Below, piece by piece: positions 1 to 10,479 of a stretch of DNA of 64,000 nucleotides. Within the stretch, counting starts at the first letter, position 1. Each line of letters opens with the position of its first letter. The position numbers were made by a program, and so were the translations under genes. Where the stretch lies: NCBI GenBank assembly GCA_963814395.1, contig CAWFCS010000033.1, forward strand, positions 244,520-308,519. The letters run 5' to 3'. The notes under the pieces were generated by a model. It saw only the letters and a program-made list of their open reading frames with translations. It had not been told where the DNA came from and made no database searches. The DNA is from an uncultured Acidobacteriota bacterium (GTDB lineage Bacteria; Acidobacteriota; Vicinamibacteria; Vicinamibacterales; UBA2999).

Positions 1-1
1 C

Positions 2-976
2 CCCGCCGCCGACGTCAACTTCGGCCGCGTCACGGCTCTGACCCGGTCGCCCGATCCGAACATCGAACGCGCCTACAACCTGAGTTCGTCGCTGGGTGTC
101 GAGCACCAGGTGCTGCCGGGCTTGGGCGCGACGTTCATGTGGTACCACCGCGAATGGCGGAACCTCCATCGCACTGACAACGATCTGGTGACTTTTGCCG
201 ACTACGCGCCGATCGATATCGTGAGCCCGCTCGATGGCACGGTGATCACGGCCTACAACCTGAATGCGGCTAAGCGAGGCCTCGTGCAGCAGGTCGACCG
301 CAATGCGAGCGACACGTCGACGCGCCGCAACAGCTACAACGCGTTCGAGCTCAGCCTGAACGGACGGTTGCCCGGTGGCGGCAACGCGTTCGGCGGCTGG
401 ACCGCCGACCGCACGGTGGACGTGGTTTGCGATTCGCGCGACGACCCGAACACGCTGCGGTTCTGCGACCAGAGCAAGCTGGGCATGCCGTTCCAGCACG
501 AGTTCAAGGTGTCGGTGGCGCAACCGCTGCCGGCCCGCTTCCAGGCCGGTCTCACCGTCACCAGCTGGGCGGGTGGCCTGAATGGCAATCGCGCGTTCGC
601 GCCGGCCGGCGGTGCCCGCTTCACGGGGCTCTCGACCAACTGGAGCCTGTCGCGAACGACGCGTTACGCGGCCAATTGCCTGGGGCCGTGCACGCCCGGC
701 GCGCTCGTGATTCCCAACATGACGAACGCCTCCCTGGTGGTGCCGCTCGTGGCTCCGGGTGAAGAGTTCACGGACCGCTTCGTGCAGGTCAGCCTGCAGT
801 TGTCACGGGTGTTCCAGTTCGGCGACCGGCGCCTGACCGCGAACGTGCAAGCGTTCAACTTGATGAACACCAGCGTGGTCCTTCTGCAGAATCAGACCTT
901 CGGCACCGCGCTCGGACGGCCGGATCGCACCGCTGAACCGCGCGTCATCCAATTCTCGGCGCGTTTCGACTTCTGA
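2..976 (+). CDS. TonB-dependent receptor (Acidobacteria-type), C-terminal part; 5' end lies outside the window
   Basis: Frame is open from base 2 (PAADVNFGRV...DPNIERAYNLSSSLGVEHQV). Amphipathic beta-strands, FNLMN motif and C-terminal PRVIQFSARFDF beta-signal. Confidence 0.85.
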   Translation, partial: PAADVNFGRVTALTRSPDPNIERAYNLSSSLGVEHQVLPGLGATFMWYHREWRNLHRTDNDLVTFADYAPIDIVSPLDGTVITAYNLNAAKRGLVQQVDRNASDTSTRRNSYNAFELSLNGRLPGGGNAFGGWTADRTVDVVCDSRDDPNTLRFCDQSKLGMPFQHEFKVSVAQPLPARFQAGLTVTSWAGGLNGNRAFAPAGGARFTGLSTNWSLSRTTRYAANCLGPCTPGALVIPNMTNASLVVPLVAPGEEFTDRFVQVSLQLSRVFQFGDRRLTANVQAFNLMNTSVVLLQNQTFGTALGRPDRTAEPRVIQFSARFDF

Positions 977-1044
977 CCAGGCGCGCGGGCGGTGCGAACG
1001 CCGTGAGGCTGCTCGTGCCGCGGATGTAGAGTGAGGGCGCTGCC

Positions 1045-2292
1045 ATGACCAATCGACGACACCTGCCGCGGACTGCGCTGTCACTTCTGGGCCTCATTGC
1101 CGCGTGGCTGGTGCTGTCGCCGCCGCTGCCAGTGACGGCGCAGAGCCCAGCGCGTCAGGCGCCGATCTTCGAGGTCGATCCCTTCTGGCCGCGCCCGTTG
1201 CCGAATCATTGGGTGACGGGGTCGACGATCGGCCTGTCGGTTGACGCCAAAGACCAGGTGTGGACGATTCACCGTCCGAACACGGTCGAAGACAACTTCA
1301 AGGCCGCCGACATCACGGTCGGCGATGAACGTGGGCGCGACCCCGAAGCCCTGCCCGGCACGCCCGGCGAACAGGTGCCGCCCGGCACCCCGATTGGCGC
1401 GTGCTGCACGGTGGCCCCGCCGGTGCTCGTCTACGACCAGGCGGGAGCCCTCGTGACGTCGTGGGGCGGGCCGGGCAAGGGCTACGACTGGCCCGACAGC
1501 AATCACGGCATCACGGTCGACCACGCCGGCAACGTGTGGCTCGCGGGCAATGGCGACAAGGACACGCAGCTCCTCAAGTTCAGTGGCGCCGGGCAGTTCC
1601 TGCTGCAGATCGGCAAGCACGGCGTGCACAACGGCAGCAACGACCTCGGCAACTTCTGGAAGCCGACCAAGGTGTTCGTCGAGGCGGCCACCAACGAGGT
1701 CTACGTCGCCGATGGCTACGGCAACCGCCGGGTGATCGTGTTCGACGCCACCACGGGCGCATACAAGCGGCACTGGGGCGCGTACGGCGCCAGGCCCAGC
1801 GACGACGTGGTGCCCGCCTACAATCCGAAGGGGGCGCGCTCGAAGCAGTTCAACACCGTGCACTGCGCGATCGTGTCGAACGACGGCTTGGTCTACGTGT
1901 GCGACCGGGTCAACGACCGCATTCAAGTCTTCCGTAAGGACGGCACGTTCGTCACCGAAGCGGTCGTCGATGGCAACACCTTCCGCTCAGGATCGCTGTG
2001 GGACATGGCCTTCTCACGCGATCCGCAACAGACCTATATCTACGCGGCCAACGGCGTGGACGAGAAGATCAACATCCTGCTGCGCAGCACGCTCGACGTG
2101 CTGACGTCATTCGGCGACGGCGGCCGCCAGCCCGGACAGTTCTTCGGCGTGCACAACCTGGCGACCGACTCGAAGGGGAATCTCTACACCGCGGAAACCT
2201 ACACGGGCGCCCGCGTGCAGCGGTTCATCTACAAGGGCATCGGGCCGGTGACCACGGCGTCGCGGGGCGTGGCGTGGCCCAAGGGCCGCTGA
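1045..2292 (+). CDS. Secreted NHL-repeat beta-propeller, peptidyl-alpha-hydroxyglycine lyase (PAL)-like
   Basis: Signal peptide; FEVDPFWP start; NHGITVD, YVADGYGNRRV, VHC...YVCDRVNDRIQVF and GVHNLATDSKGNLY repeats. Confidence 0.85.
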   Translation: MTNRRHLPRTALSLLGLIAAWLVLSPPLPVTAQSPARQAPIFEVDPFWPRPLPNHWVTGSTIGLSVDAKDQVWTIHRPNTVEDNFKAADITVGDERGRDPEALPGTPGEQVPPGTPIGACCTVAPPVLVYDQAGALVTSWGGPGKGYDWPDSNHGITVDHAGNVWLAGNGDKDTQLLKFSGAGQFLLQIGKHGVHNGSNDLGNFWKPTKVFVEAATNEVYVADGYGNRRVIVFDATTGAYKRHWGAYGARPSDDVVPAYNPKGARSKQFNTVHCAIVSNDGLVYVCDRVNDRIQVFRKDGTFVTEAVVDGNTFRSGSLWDMAFSRDPQQTYIYAANGVDEKINILLRSTLDVLTSFGDGGRQPGQFFGVHNLATDSKGNLYTAETYTGARVQRFIYKGIGPVTTASRGVAWPKGR

Positions 2293-2310
2293 GCTGAAGG
2301 TGCTCAGGAC

Positions 2311-5301
2311 ATGACCGCGTTACGGGTCGCGGGTTGGATCGTGCTCGTCGCCGGCCTCTGGGGTCTGGCGGGCGATCGCGTGGCTGCCGCTGCGCGGGCG
2401 GCCGCGACCGCCGAAGCGGCCCAAGCGCCCGTGTCGTTGACCGACTACACGCTGACCAACTGGCCAGAGGAACAGGGCCCGTTTCCGTTCGGGATCTACT
2501 CGATCGCGCAAGACCAGAGCGGCTATCTGTGGCTGGGCACGCGCACCGGCCTGGTGCGGTTCGACGGCTCGGAGTTCGTGCCATGGAAGGGCCGCCAGCC
2601 GCTGCCCGACGACCGGATCGCGGCGATTCTCGCCGCGCGTGACGGCAGCTTGTGGGTCGGCTTCGGCACCGTCGGTGGAGTGGCCAGGATCGTCGACGGT
2701 TCCGCCAGCCATTTCACGACCAAAGATGGACTCGCCCATGGCGACGTCAACGCCATCGTCGAGGACGCCCAGGCGACGATCTGGGTGGCCAGCCATGGCG
2801 GGCTCTCGGCCTACGACGGCCAGCGCTGGCGCATCGTCGGCGAGGCCGATGGGCTGCCCCGCGGGCCAGTTCTCGGTCTGCGGTGTGATTCTCGGGGCCG
2901 CCTGTGGGTGGGCACGGCGACGGGCCTCTACCGCCGCCACGCCGAGCAGCGCGCGTTCATACCGGTCGAGGCCGGCAGCGACGCCGAGGTCGCGGAAGAC
3001 CGCGCCGGCACGGTCTGGGTCAGCGACCCGCACGAGGCCTTTCGCATCGTCGGAACCGCGCGCTCGAGCAGCGCGCCGTTGGCCCGTCGCACGGGCGCCG
3101 GCCGCGGGCTGCTCATCGATCGCAGCGGTGCGCTGTGGGTGGGTACCCGCGGTGCCGGCCTCATGCGCGTCCACGGCGACACCGCGGGTGTCGATCCCGA
3201 CCGTATCGAGCACTTGACTCGGCGCGAGGGGTTGCTGAGCGACGAGGTGCGCGCTCTGTTCCAGGATCGCGACGGCAGCCTGTGGATCGGCTCACGACGC
3301 GGCCTGAGCCGGCTGTCCGAATCGAACATCAGAGCGGTGCTGCATGGCGCGGGCTCCGACGGCTTCGTGGCGGCGGTGGCGGTCACCCGCGACGGCGCCG
3401 TGTGGACGGCCACGGCCACCGGGTTGACGCGTAGCCAGGGCACGGCGGAGCGGACCTTCACCGAACAAGACGGTCTGCCGGGCCGCATCGTGATCGCGTT
3501 GCACGAAGACCATGGCGGCACGCTGTGGGCCGCGACCACCCTCGGGGTGGCGCGGCTGGTCGGGCAGCGGTTCGTTCCGCTGCTGACCGCTGCCGGCACG
3601 GCGTGGAGCGGATATCAGATTCGCGCCATCGCCTCTGAGAGCGACGGCACGCTCTGGCTGTGCGACCAGGAGCGGGGCCTGTTTCGCTGGAAGCACGGTG
3701 TCATCGACAACCTCAGCGATGTCGTCGGGCAGCGCAAGGCCTACATCGTGCACGTCGACCGTGCCGGCCGGGTCTGGATCGGCTTCTGGGCCGGCGGGCT
3801 CTCGGTCTACGACCACGGCACCGTCTCCACCTACGGCACCGAGCACGGCCTGCCGCCAGCGTCGGTCAACGCCATCTTCGAGGATCGCTCGGGTCGCCTC
3901 TGGGTCGCGACAGAAGATGACCTTGCCCGCGTGGACGGCGAGCGTATTCGCACCTTCAAGAGCAACGGCTTCCCACAGTCGGGCGTCGTCTCGATCATGG
4001 AAGACAGCGCGGGTGACTTCTGGATCGGGCTGGGGCAATCGCTGATGCGAATCGCTCCGGGCGAGTTCGAGTCGGCCGCGGCCGATCCCGCATACCAGCT
4101 GCGCTACCGTCTCTACGGCGCGGAGGACGGCCTGCCTGGCACCGTGGGCCGGCCCGGCGTGCCGAGCGCGGCCCGCACCTCTCGTGGGGAACTGCTGTTC
4201 GTCACGTCGGTCGGCCTGGCGATCGTCGACCCCGGCCGGCTGCGCGATCGTCCGATCCCCACGCTGATCGGCGTCAACGGCGTATCGGCGGATGGCCACC
4301 CGATTGCGTACGAAGGCGATCGCGTCTCGATTCCCGCCCAGACGACCCGTCTCGTCCTCAACTACTCGTTGCTCAGTCTCACGGCTGGGCGGCCGCGATT
4401 CCGTCACAGGCTGGAAGGCTTCGACCCTGACTGGCAAGACGTCGGCGAGCGGCGCGACGTCTCTTACACCAATCTTCCGCCCGGCAGTTACACCTTCCGT
4501 GTGTCGTCGCGTCACGAAGATGCCTGGATCGAGTCGCGTACTCCGTTGGTTGTCACGATCCTTCCAGCGTTCTATCAAACCAAGACGTTCTACGCCGTTG
4601 CGGCGACATCGCTGGGGCTGCTCGTGTGGTTCGGCTGGCGGCGCCGGGTTCGCCAGATGAACCGCGAGTTCGGCCTCGTGCTGGCCGAGCGTTCGCGGCT
4701 CGGCCGGGAAATCCACGACACACTGCTCCAGAGCCTGGTGGCCGTTGCCCTGGAGTTCGACGATATCTGCGAGCAACTCGAGCCGGCCAAGGTGGCGCTC
4801 AAGGCCCAGGTGGTCAACATCCGTACCCGGGTCGAGGAGTACATCCTCGAAGCGCGGCAGAGCATCGCCAACTTGCGCTCGCCAATGCTCGTGCGGAGCG
4901 ACCTGGGAACGGCGCTGCAGCGCTCGGGCGAGGCGGCCACGGCGGCGCACGACATTCGCTTCGAGTTCACGCTGCGCGGCATGGCGAGACGGCTCGATGG
5001 CACGCTGGAAGAACAACTCCTTCGCATCGGTCAGGAGGCCGTGAGCAACGCCGTGCGCCACGGCGCGGCCAGCACGATTCACATGGAGTTGTGTTTCGAC
5101 CACGCGGCGGTGCGTCTGCGCGTGTCCGACGATGGCTGTGGCTTCGATCCCGATCGACCGGCACCGCACGCCGAGGGGCACTGGGGGATCGCCGGAATGC
5201 GCGAGCGGGCGGCGAGGGTGGGCGCGCAGTTGCGCCTGGAGAGTCAGCCCGGGGCCGGCACGACCGTCGAAGCCCTGGCTTCACTGATGGCGCACGGGTG
5301 A
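2311..5301 (+). CDS. Sensor histidine kinase with periplasmic two-component regulator propellers, Y_Y_Y domain, TM helix, HisKA_3 and HATPase
   Basis: Repeated D-x-x-G-x-LW-x-GT units; YTNLPPGSYTFRV; H-box EIHDTLLQ; EAVSNAVRH; DDGCGF; G-box GAGTTV. Confidence 0.93.
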   Translation: MTALRVAGWIVLVAGLWGLAGDRVAAAARAAATAEAAQAPVSLTDYTLTNWPEEQGPFPFGIYSIAQDQSGYLWLGTRTGLVRFDGSEFVPWKGRQPLPDDRIAAILAARDGSLWVGFGTVGGVARIVDGSASHFTTKDGLAHGDVNAIVEDAQATIWVASHGGLSAYDGQRWRIVGEADGLPRGPVLGLRCDSRGRLWVGTATGLYRRHAEQRAFIPVEAGSDAEVAEDRAGTVWVSDPHEAFRIVGTARSSSAPLARRTGAGRGLLIDRSGALWVGTRGAGLMRVHGDTAGVDPDRIEHLTRREGLLSDEVRALFQDRDGSLWIGSRRGLSRLSESNIRAVLHGAGSDGFVAAVAVTRDGAVWTATATGLTRSQGTAERTFTEQDGLPGRIVIALHEDHGGTLWAATTLGVARLVGQRFVPLLTAAGTAWSGYQIRAIASESDGTLWLCDQERGLFRWKHGVIDNLSDVVGQRKAYIVHVDRAGRVWIGFWAGGLSVYDHGTVSTYGTEHGLPPASVNAIFEDRSGRLWVATEDDLARVDGERIRTFKSNGFPQSGVVSIMEDSAGDFWIGLGQSLMRIAPGEFESAAADPAYQLRYRLYGAEDGLPGTVGRPGVPSAARTSRGELLFVTSVGLAIVDPGRLRDRPIPTLIGVNGVSADGHPIAYEGDRVSIPAQTTRLVLNYSLLSLTAGRPRFRHRLEGFDPDWQDVGERRDVSYTNLPPGSYTFRVSSRHEDAWIESRTPLVVTILPAFYQTKTFYAVAATSLGLLVWFGWRRRVRQMNREFGLVLAERSRLGREIHDTLLQSLVAVALEFDDICEQLEPAKVALKAQVVNIRTRVEEYILEARQSIANLRSPMLVRSDLGTALQRSGEAATAAHDIRFEFTLRGMARRLDGTLEEQLLRIGQEAVSNAVRHGAASTIHMELCFDHAAVRLRVSDDGCGFDPDRPAPHAEGHWGIAGMRERAARVGAQLRLESQPGAGTTVEALASLMAHG

Positions 5302-5303
5302 CC

Positions 5304-5948
5304 ATGATCGAACAGAGCACGAACGCCTCACCCATCACGGTGCTGTGTGTCGACGACCACCCGCTGTTGCGGGAGGGGGTGGCGCGAAAGATTTCACGAC
5401 AGCCCGACATGAAGGTGGTCGGCACCGCCGGCACCGGACAGGAGGCGGTGATTCTGTACCTGCGTCACCGGCCCGATGTCGTGCTCATGGATCTCCAACT
5501 ACCCGGCATGGGCGGCCAGCAGGCCATCGAGGCGATCCGCCGGGAGGATCCGGCCGCGAAGATCATCGTGTTGACCATACTGGGCGGCGACGAAGACATC
5601 TACCGCGCGATTCACGCCGGAGCCGCCAGCTACCTGCTGAAGAGTTCCCTGTCGCAAGACCTGATCGCGACCGTGCGGGCCGTGTTTGCCGGCGAGCGGC
5701 CGATGCCGCCCGAGGTGGCCGAGCGACTGGCCGCACGGGAAGGGCAAAGTGGTCTGTCGGCGCGCGAGGTCGAAATTCTGGAGCTCATCGCCAAGGGTCT
5801 GCGCAACAAAGAGATCGCCGCCGCCCTCGGCATCGGTCAGGAGACCGTGCAGACGCACATCAAGCGACTGTTCGTGAAGCTGCATGTGAGTGACCGCACG
5901 GCCGCCGTCACGGTGGCGCTGAGCCGCGGCATCGTGCACATGCCCTGA
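5304..5948 (+). CDS. NarL/LuxR-family response regulator
   Basis: VDDHPLLREG, LMDLQLP, LSAREVEIL...GLRNKEIA HTH. ATG at 5304; the in-frame GTG at 5298 overlaps the kinase stop. Confidence 0.93.
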   Translation: MIEQSTNASPITVLCVDDHPLLREGVARKISRQPDMKVVGTAGTGQEAVILYLRHRPDVVLMDLQLPGMGGQQAIEAIRREDPAAKIIVLTILGGDEDIYRAIHAGAASYLLKSSLSQDLIATVRAVFAGERPMPPEVAERLAAREGQSGLSAREVEILELIAKGLRNKEIAAALGIGQETVQTHIKRLFVKLHVSDRTAAVTVALSRGIVHMP

Positions 5949-6031
5949 CGGCGCTGTCACTGGAACTGGTGACTGGTATCTCGGGGCGGCGCGCTGAACA
6001 ATCGCGCCCGCAACCGCAGGAGATCGTCACC

Positions 6032-7516
6032 GTGATTCCCACCACCAGACTCGCGATATTGGCCGCCATCCTTGCCCCACTCGTCATGTCATCGACCTTC
6101 ATCGAAGGACTGCAGGCGCAGACCAGCGCAGCCGAGGCGCTGACCAAGGCCAAGGTGCTCGAGCGGCTCGCCGCGGCCTGGGCGCCGGCCGCGACGAGCG
6201 CGCAGGCGCCAGGGTTCGTCGTCGATCCGGCGTGGCCAGCGCGGCTACCCAATAGCTGGGTGATTGGCGATGTCGGGGGCATCACGGTGGACCGGCGCGA
6301 CCACATCTGGGTCTACCACCGCCCGCGCGCGCTCAGTTCCACCGACAGCGGCGCGCAGGGAGTCGCCGGCAAGGACGACGCCGGGAATGCCATCAGCGCG
6401 CTCGGATTTCGGCGCCCGTACGGCCGGCTCTCCGGCTGCTGCCTGCCCGCGCCATCCGTGCTCGAGTTCGATCGCGAGGGCACGCTCGTGCAGGCGTGGG
6501 GCGGACCCAGTGATCCCGGGTTCCTCGAAAAGCGCTGCCGCGTGCAGGACGGGTGCACGTGGCCGGCGCGCGAGCACGGCATCTTCGTCGACCACAACGA
6601 CTTCGTCTATGTGTCCGGCAACGGCCAGGGGCGCGACTTCCACGGCCAGTTTCCCTGGGCCGCCAACTTCGGCAACGACTCACACATCCTGAAGTTCACG
6701 CGCGACGGCACCTTCGTCTATCAGATCGGCACGCCCGGCGTGAAGGCGCCGAACAGCAACGACACGCGGGGTGGCGTGAACGGCACACCGCAACCGTATC
6801 TCGTGGCCGACATGAACGTCGATCCCAAGACCAACCGGATGTACGTGGCGGATGGCTATGGCAACCGCCGCGTGCTCATCGTCGATGCCGCCACGGGGAA
6901 GTACTCCGGGCACTTCGGTGCCTACGGCGCGAACCCGGTCGTCGACGACCCCGGCGCGTCCGTCGAGGGCGAGGGGGTGGGCAACTGGGCGGCCGATTTC
7001 GCCAAAGGGCAGCTGCAGCCGTTGAACTTCCGCAGCCCCCTGCACTGCGCGAAGCTGGCGAGTGACGGCCTGCTGTATGTCTGCGACCGCGGCAACAACC
7101 GCGTGCAGGTCTTCACGGCGTCCGAGGTCGGCAAGCCGTGCGCGAACCCGAACAAGGAAGTGGGCAAGTGCGGGTTCCGCGGCGAGATTGCCGTCGCCCC
7201 CCAGACGTCGGCGGGCACCGCCGGGCAGGTGAACTTCTCGACCGACGCCGGGCAGACCTGTCTGTATGTGACCGACTTGACGAACTACACGGTCTACGCC
7301 ATCAACCGGCGCAACCATCACGAAGTGGCCAGGTTCGGCACTGGCGGGCGCCAGGCCGGCAATTTCCACTGGCCCCACGCCGTGGCCGTGGACAGCCAAG
7401 GCAATCTCTACACCGGCGAGGTGGACGGCGCCGCCCGGGTGCAAAAGTTCCTGCGCTATGGTCCGGCCGGATGCACCGGCGAAGGCACCCCACAGGTCGG
7501 ACGATACCCGAACTAG
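6032..7516 (+). CDS. Secreted NHL-repeat PAL-like beta-propeller (paralog 2)
   Basis: AGGAG precedes GTG 6032; signal peptide; FVVDPAWP, EHGIFVD, ADGYGNRR, LHC...CDRGNNR, WPHAVAVD. Confidence 0.85.
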   Translation: MIPTTRLAILAAILAPLVMSSTFIEGLQAQTSAAEALTKAKVLERLAAAWAPAATSAQAPGFVVDPAWPARLPNSWVIGDVGGITVDRRDHIWVYHRPRALSSTDSGAQGVAGKDDAGNAISALGFRRPYGRLSGCCLPAPSVLEFDREGTLVQAWGGPSDPGFLEKRCRVQDGCTWPAREHGIFVDHNDFVYVSGNGQGRDFHGQFPWAANFGNDSHILKFTRDGTFVYQIGTPGVKAPNSNDTRGGVNGTPQPYLVADMNVDPKTNRMYVADGYGNRRVLIVDAATGKYSGHFGAYGANPVVDDPGASVEGEGVGNWAADFAKGQLQPLNFRSPLHCAKLASDGLLYVCDRGNNRVQVFTASEVGKPCANPNKEVGKCGFRGEIAVAPQTSAGTAGQVNFSTDAGQTCLYVTDLTNYTVYAINRRNHHEVARFGTGGRQAGNFHWPHAVAVDSQGNLYTGEVDGAARVQKFLRYGPAGCTGEGTPQVGRYPN

Positions 7517-7524
7517 GAGCAGCG

Positions 7525-8061
7525 ATGCCGAACACTCACACCCGTCGCAGCGTACTGCGCGCCGCATCCGCCACGGCCGCCGCCATCAGCTTGCCGCGTT
7601 CGGCGGACGCCCGCGGCGTCACCGCTGGCGCACAAGGCCTCTCTCCGCAGCCCAGTCAGGTGTTGACCGCCGACCGGATGGAGCGCGCGCTGAGGGCGCT
7701 TGCGTCGAAGCCGGGCAAGAAGAACGACGACGCCATCTTCGGCACGAAGATTCTGCCCTTCACCGTGGCACTCACGGTCGAGTCGAACACCATCGACACG
7801 CAGTTCGAGTATCACGAAGACCGCGACCACCTGTTCCAGATTCTCGAGGGCGAGACGATTCTCGAGGTCGATGGCACGCCCCAGGGTGGGCACTCCGAAC
7901 AACCAGGTCAGTGGCATTCGCCGGCGTCGCAGGGCACCACCGTGCATACGTTGCGCAAGGGCGACATGCTGCTGGTTCCCCGCGGCGCGCCGCACAAGCG
8001 CAGCACGGCGACGAGCGTCACGTTCATGCTGATCTCGGTGACCAGCCCACTGACGCGGTAG
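7525..8061 (+). CDS. Tat-exported cupin-domain protein
   Basis: AGGAG RBS; TRRSVLR twin-arginine signal; cupin motifs EYHEDRDHLFQILEG and GDMLLVPRGAPH. Confidence 0.8.
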   Translation: MPNTHTRRSVLRAASATAAAISLPRSADARGVTAGAQGLSPQPSQVLTADRMERALRALASKPGKKNDDAIFGTKILPFTVALTVESNTIDTQFEYHEDRDHLFQILEGETILEVDGTPQGGHSEQPGQWHSPASQGTTVHTLRKGDMLLVPRGAPHKRSTATSVTFMLISVTSPLTR

Positions 8062-8122
8062 AGGCCCGCGCTGCGGCGCAATTGGCGATACCATGCGCGG
8101 GAGGATAAACGGAGAGACTCCC

Positions 8123-9178
8123 ATGCGATACGCGATTGTCATCCTGAGCGCCCTGGCGCTGCTGGCCACCGCGTCGCCCGCGCGGTCCGCACCCGCGCCG
8201 GCGCCGTTCACCGATCACTACGCCGACGTCAACGGCCTGCGCCTGCACTATGCCAGCGTCGGCGAAGGGCCGCTCGTGCTCTTCCTGCACGGCTACCCGT
8301 CGTTCTGGTATCAGTGGAAGGACCAGATGCTCGAGATGGGCCGCGATCATCGCGCCGTCGGGCTCGACATGCGCGGCTACAACCTGTCGGCGCGGCCCGA
8401 GGGCCTGGAGCCGTACACCATGCCGCACCTGGTGGAGGACGTGCGGCGCTTCGTCGAGACCATCAACGGCCCCGGCAAGAAGTTCACGCTGGTGGCGCAC
8501 GACTGGGGCGCGAACGTGGCGTGGGTGTTCGCCATGTATCACCCCGAGATGCTCGAGAAGCTCATCATCGTGAACGGCGCGCATCCGTTCATCTCGGAAC
8601 GGGAGCTGCGCGAGAACCCCGCGCAGCGCTACGCCAGCAACTACTTCTTCGTCTTCAACAAGTACCTGGCGCCGGGCGAGCAGCCGATCGACGAGAACGA
8701 CACCAAGGAACGCGCCACGCGCCGCGCGCACGCGGGCTTCGTCGACGCCGAGGTGAAGAGCGGCCGCTACACCGAAGCCGACCGGCAGATGTGGATCGAC
8801 GCCTGGTCACAGCCCGGTTCGACCACCGCGGGGCTGAACTACTACCGCGCCAACCACCGCAATCCGCCGTTCAACGACCGGCATCCGGCCGCGACGATTC
8901 CGCGCTCGTGGTCGGCTGCCGAGATGACCAAGGGGGCCAAGGCCACGACCATTCGCGTGCCCACGCTCGTCATCTGGGGGATGAAGGACGGCGCGATTCT
9001 GTCGGGCCATCTGAGCGGTCTCGACAAATGGGTGCCGAACCTGAGCGTTCGGCTCTATCCCGACGACGACCACTGGATCATGCTGGCCAACGGCAAGGCC
9101 GTGGCGCGCGACGTGCGGGCCTTCATCGACGACCCGGCGTTTCCGAAGGAATCGGTGTTCCGGCCGGCCGCCAAGTAG
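8123..9178 (+). CDS. Secreted alpha/beta hydrolase, epoxide hydrolase/haloacetate dehalogenase-like
   Basis: Signal peptide; HGYP, DMRGYNLS, nucleophile AHDWGA, C-terminal catalytic His in DDHW. Confidence 0.88.
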   Translation: MRYAIVILSALALLATASPARSAPAPAPFTDHYADVNGLRLHYASVGEGPLVLFLHGYPSFWYQWKDQMLEMGRDHRAVGLDMRGYNLSARPEGLEPYTMPHLVEDVRRFVETINGPGKKFTLVAHDWGANVAWVFAMYHPEMLEKLIIVNGAHPFISERELRENPAQRYASNYFFVFNKYLAPGEQPIDENDTKERATRRAHAGFVDAEVKSGRYTEADRQMWIDAWSQPGSTTAGLNYYRANHRNPPFNDRHPAATIPRSWSAAEMTKGAKATTIRVPTLVIWGMKDGAILSGHLSGLDKWVPNLSVRLYPDDDHWIMLANGKAVARDVRAFIDDPAFPKESVFRPAAK

Positions 9179-9232
9179 CGGGACGGCCGCGAGCGGTTTG
9201 CCTCCGCCCGCGGCCGGCAGTGCCGGTCTACT

Positions 9233-10406
9233 TCACACCGAGTACTTGGTGAACGCGCCGCCCGCCTGCACCAGCGAGTTCGGGCCTTCCGCCGCGAACA
9301 CGTTGCCGTCGGCATCGACCGCCACGCCTTCACCCGCCGTGCCCTGATACACACGATCGTCGCGCTCGAAGGGCGGGATGAACGCCGTGATGCGGTCTTC
9401 GTCGAGCGGCCCGATGCGCACGCCGTTGCGCCAGCCCACGTGGTTGAACGGGCCCGATTCGGAGTCGATGGCATAGAGCGTGTCGCCCTTGATGAAGAAC
9501 CCGCTGATGCGGCCGTAGGCGTAACGCGATTCCAGATACTGTCCGTCCTGGTCGAAGATCTCGAGGCGGTGGTTGCCGCGGTCGGCCACCCACAGCCGGC
9601 CCTTGCCGTCGAAGGCCATGGCGTGGGGCGTGCGGAACTCGCCGTGGCGCACGCCAATCTTGCCCCACGACTTGATGAACTTGCCGTCGGGCGCAAACTT
9701 GCTGATGCGCGCCGTGGCGCCGCGCGCCAGGCCCTCGGCCACCGCGGCCGCGTTGATCATGCCCTGGCCGTCGTGGCCGTCCGACACGTAGATGCTGCCG
9801 TCGGGTCCGGTCACGACGTCGTTCGGCTGGTTGAACTGGCCGTCGGCGTTGCCCGGCTTGCCGGCGATGCCCAGGCTGAGCAGCTTCTCGCCCTTGGGGT
9901 TGAACTTGTGCACCTGGTGGCCCTTGGTGCCGTCCTTGTTGCCGGCGAAGTCGGCAATCCACACGTTGCCGTCCTTGTCCACGTGGATGCCGTGCGGCGT
10001 CACCATCACGCCCTTGCCGATGTTGGCGAGCACGGCGCCGGTGTTCGCGATCGAACTTGAAGACCGGATCGACCGGGTTGTTGTCGCAGTCCACGGGTCC
10101 GCCGCCGGCCGTGCCGGCGCCGCAGCGCTCGTAGGCCCACACGTGGCCGTCTTTCGGGTCGATGTCGATGCCGGCCGACGTGCCCCACTTGCGGCCCGCC
10201 GGCAGCGTGCCCCAGTTCTTGGTGACGGTGGGCGCCGGATTCGGCATGCCTACGCCCGAGATGGGGTTGCCGGCCGCCATCACCGTGGCGACCGGGGCCG
10301 CTGCAGGAGCCGCCGGCGCGGGGGCCTGGCCGCATCCGGTGAGCAGCGTGGCGGCGCAGGTGCAGAGGGTGGCAAGCGCGGCAAACGAAGAACGTGTCGA
10401 TGACAT
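9233..10406 (-). CDS. NHL-repeat lipoprotein (PAL-like paralog 3); one frameshift near 10050
   Basis: AAGGAG RBS; LLTGC lipobox. ORF 9330..10406 N-terminus joins ORF 9233..10033 ([29 protein letters not shown]). Confidence 0.8.
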
Positions 10407-10479
10407 GGCGGCTCCTTATGAGTTGGGCTGCTAGTAGAGCGGAGGAACGCGAGCCACGCAAGCGTTTCCGTCGGGCGTG

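Noticed and set aside
3292-5181. 629-aa antisense ORF and similar long Arg/Ala/Pro-rich ORFs across the window
   Set aside because: These are typical stop-poor shadow frames of high-GC genes and contain no recognisable motifs.
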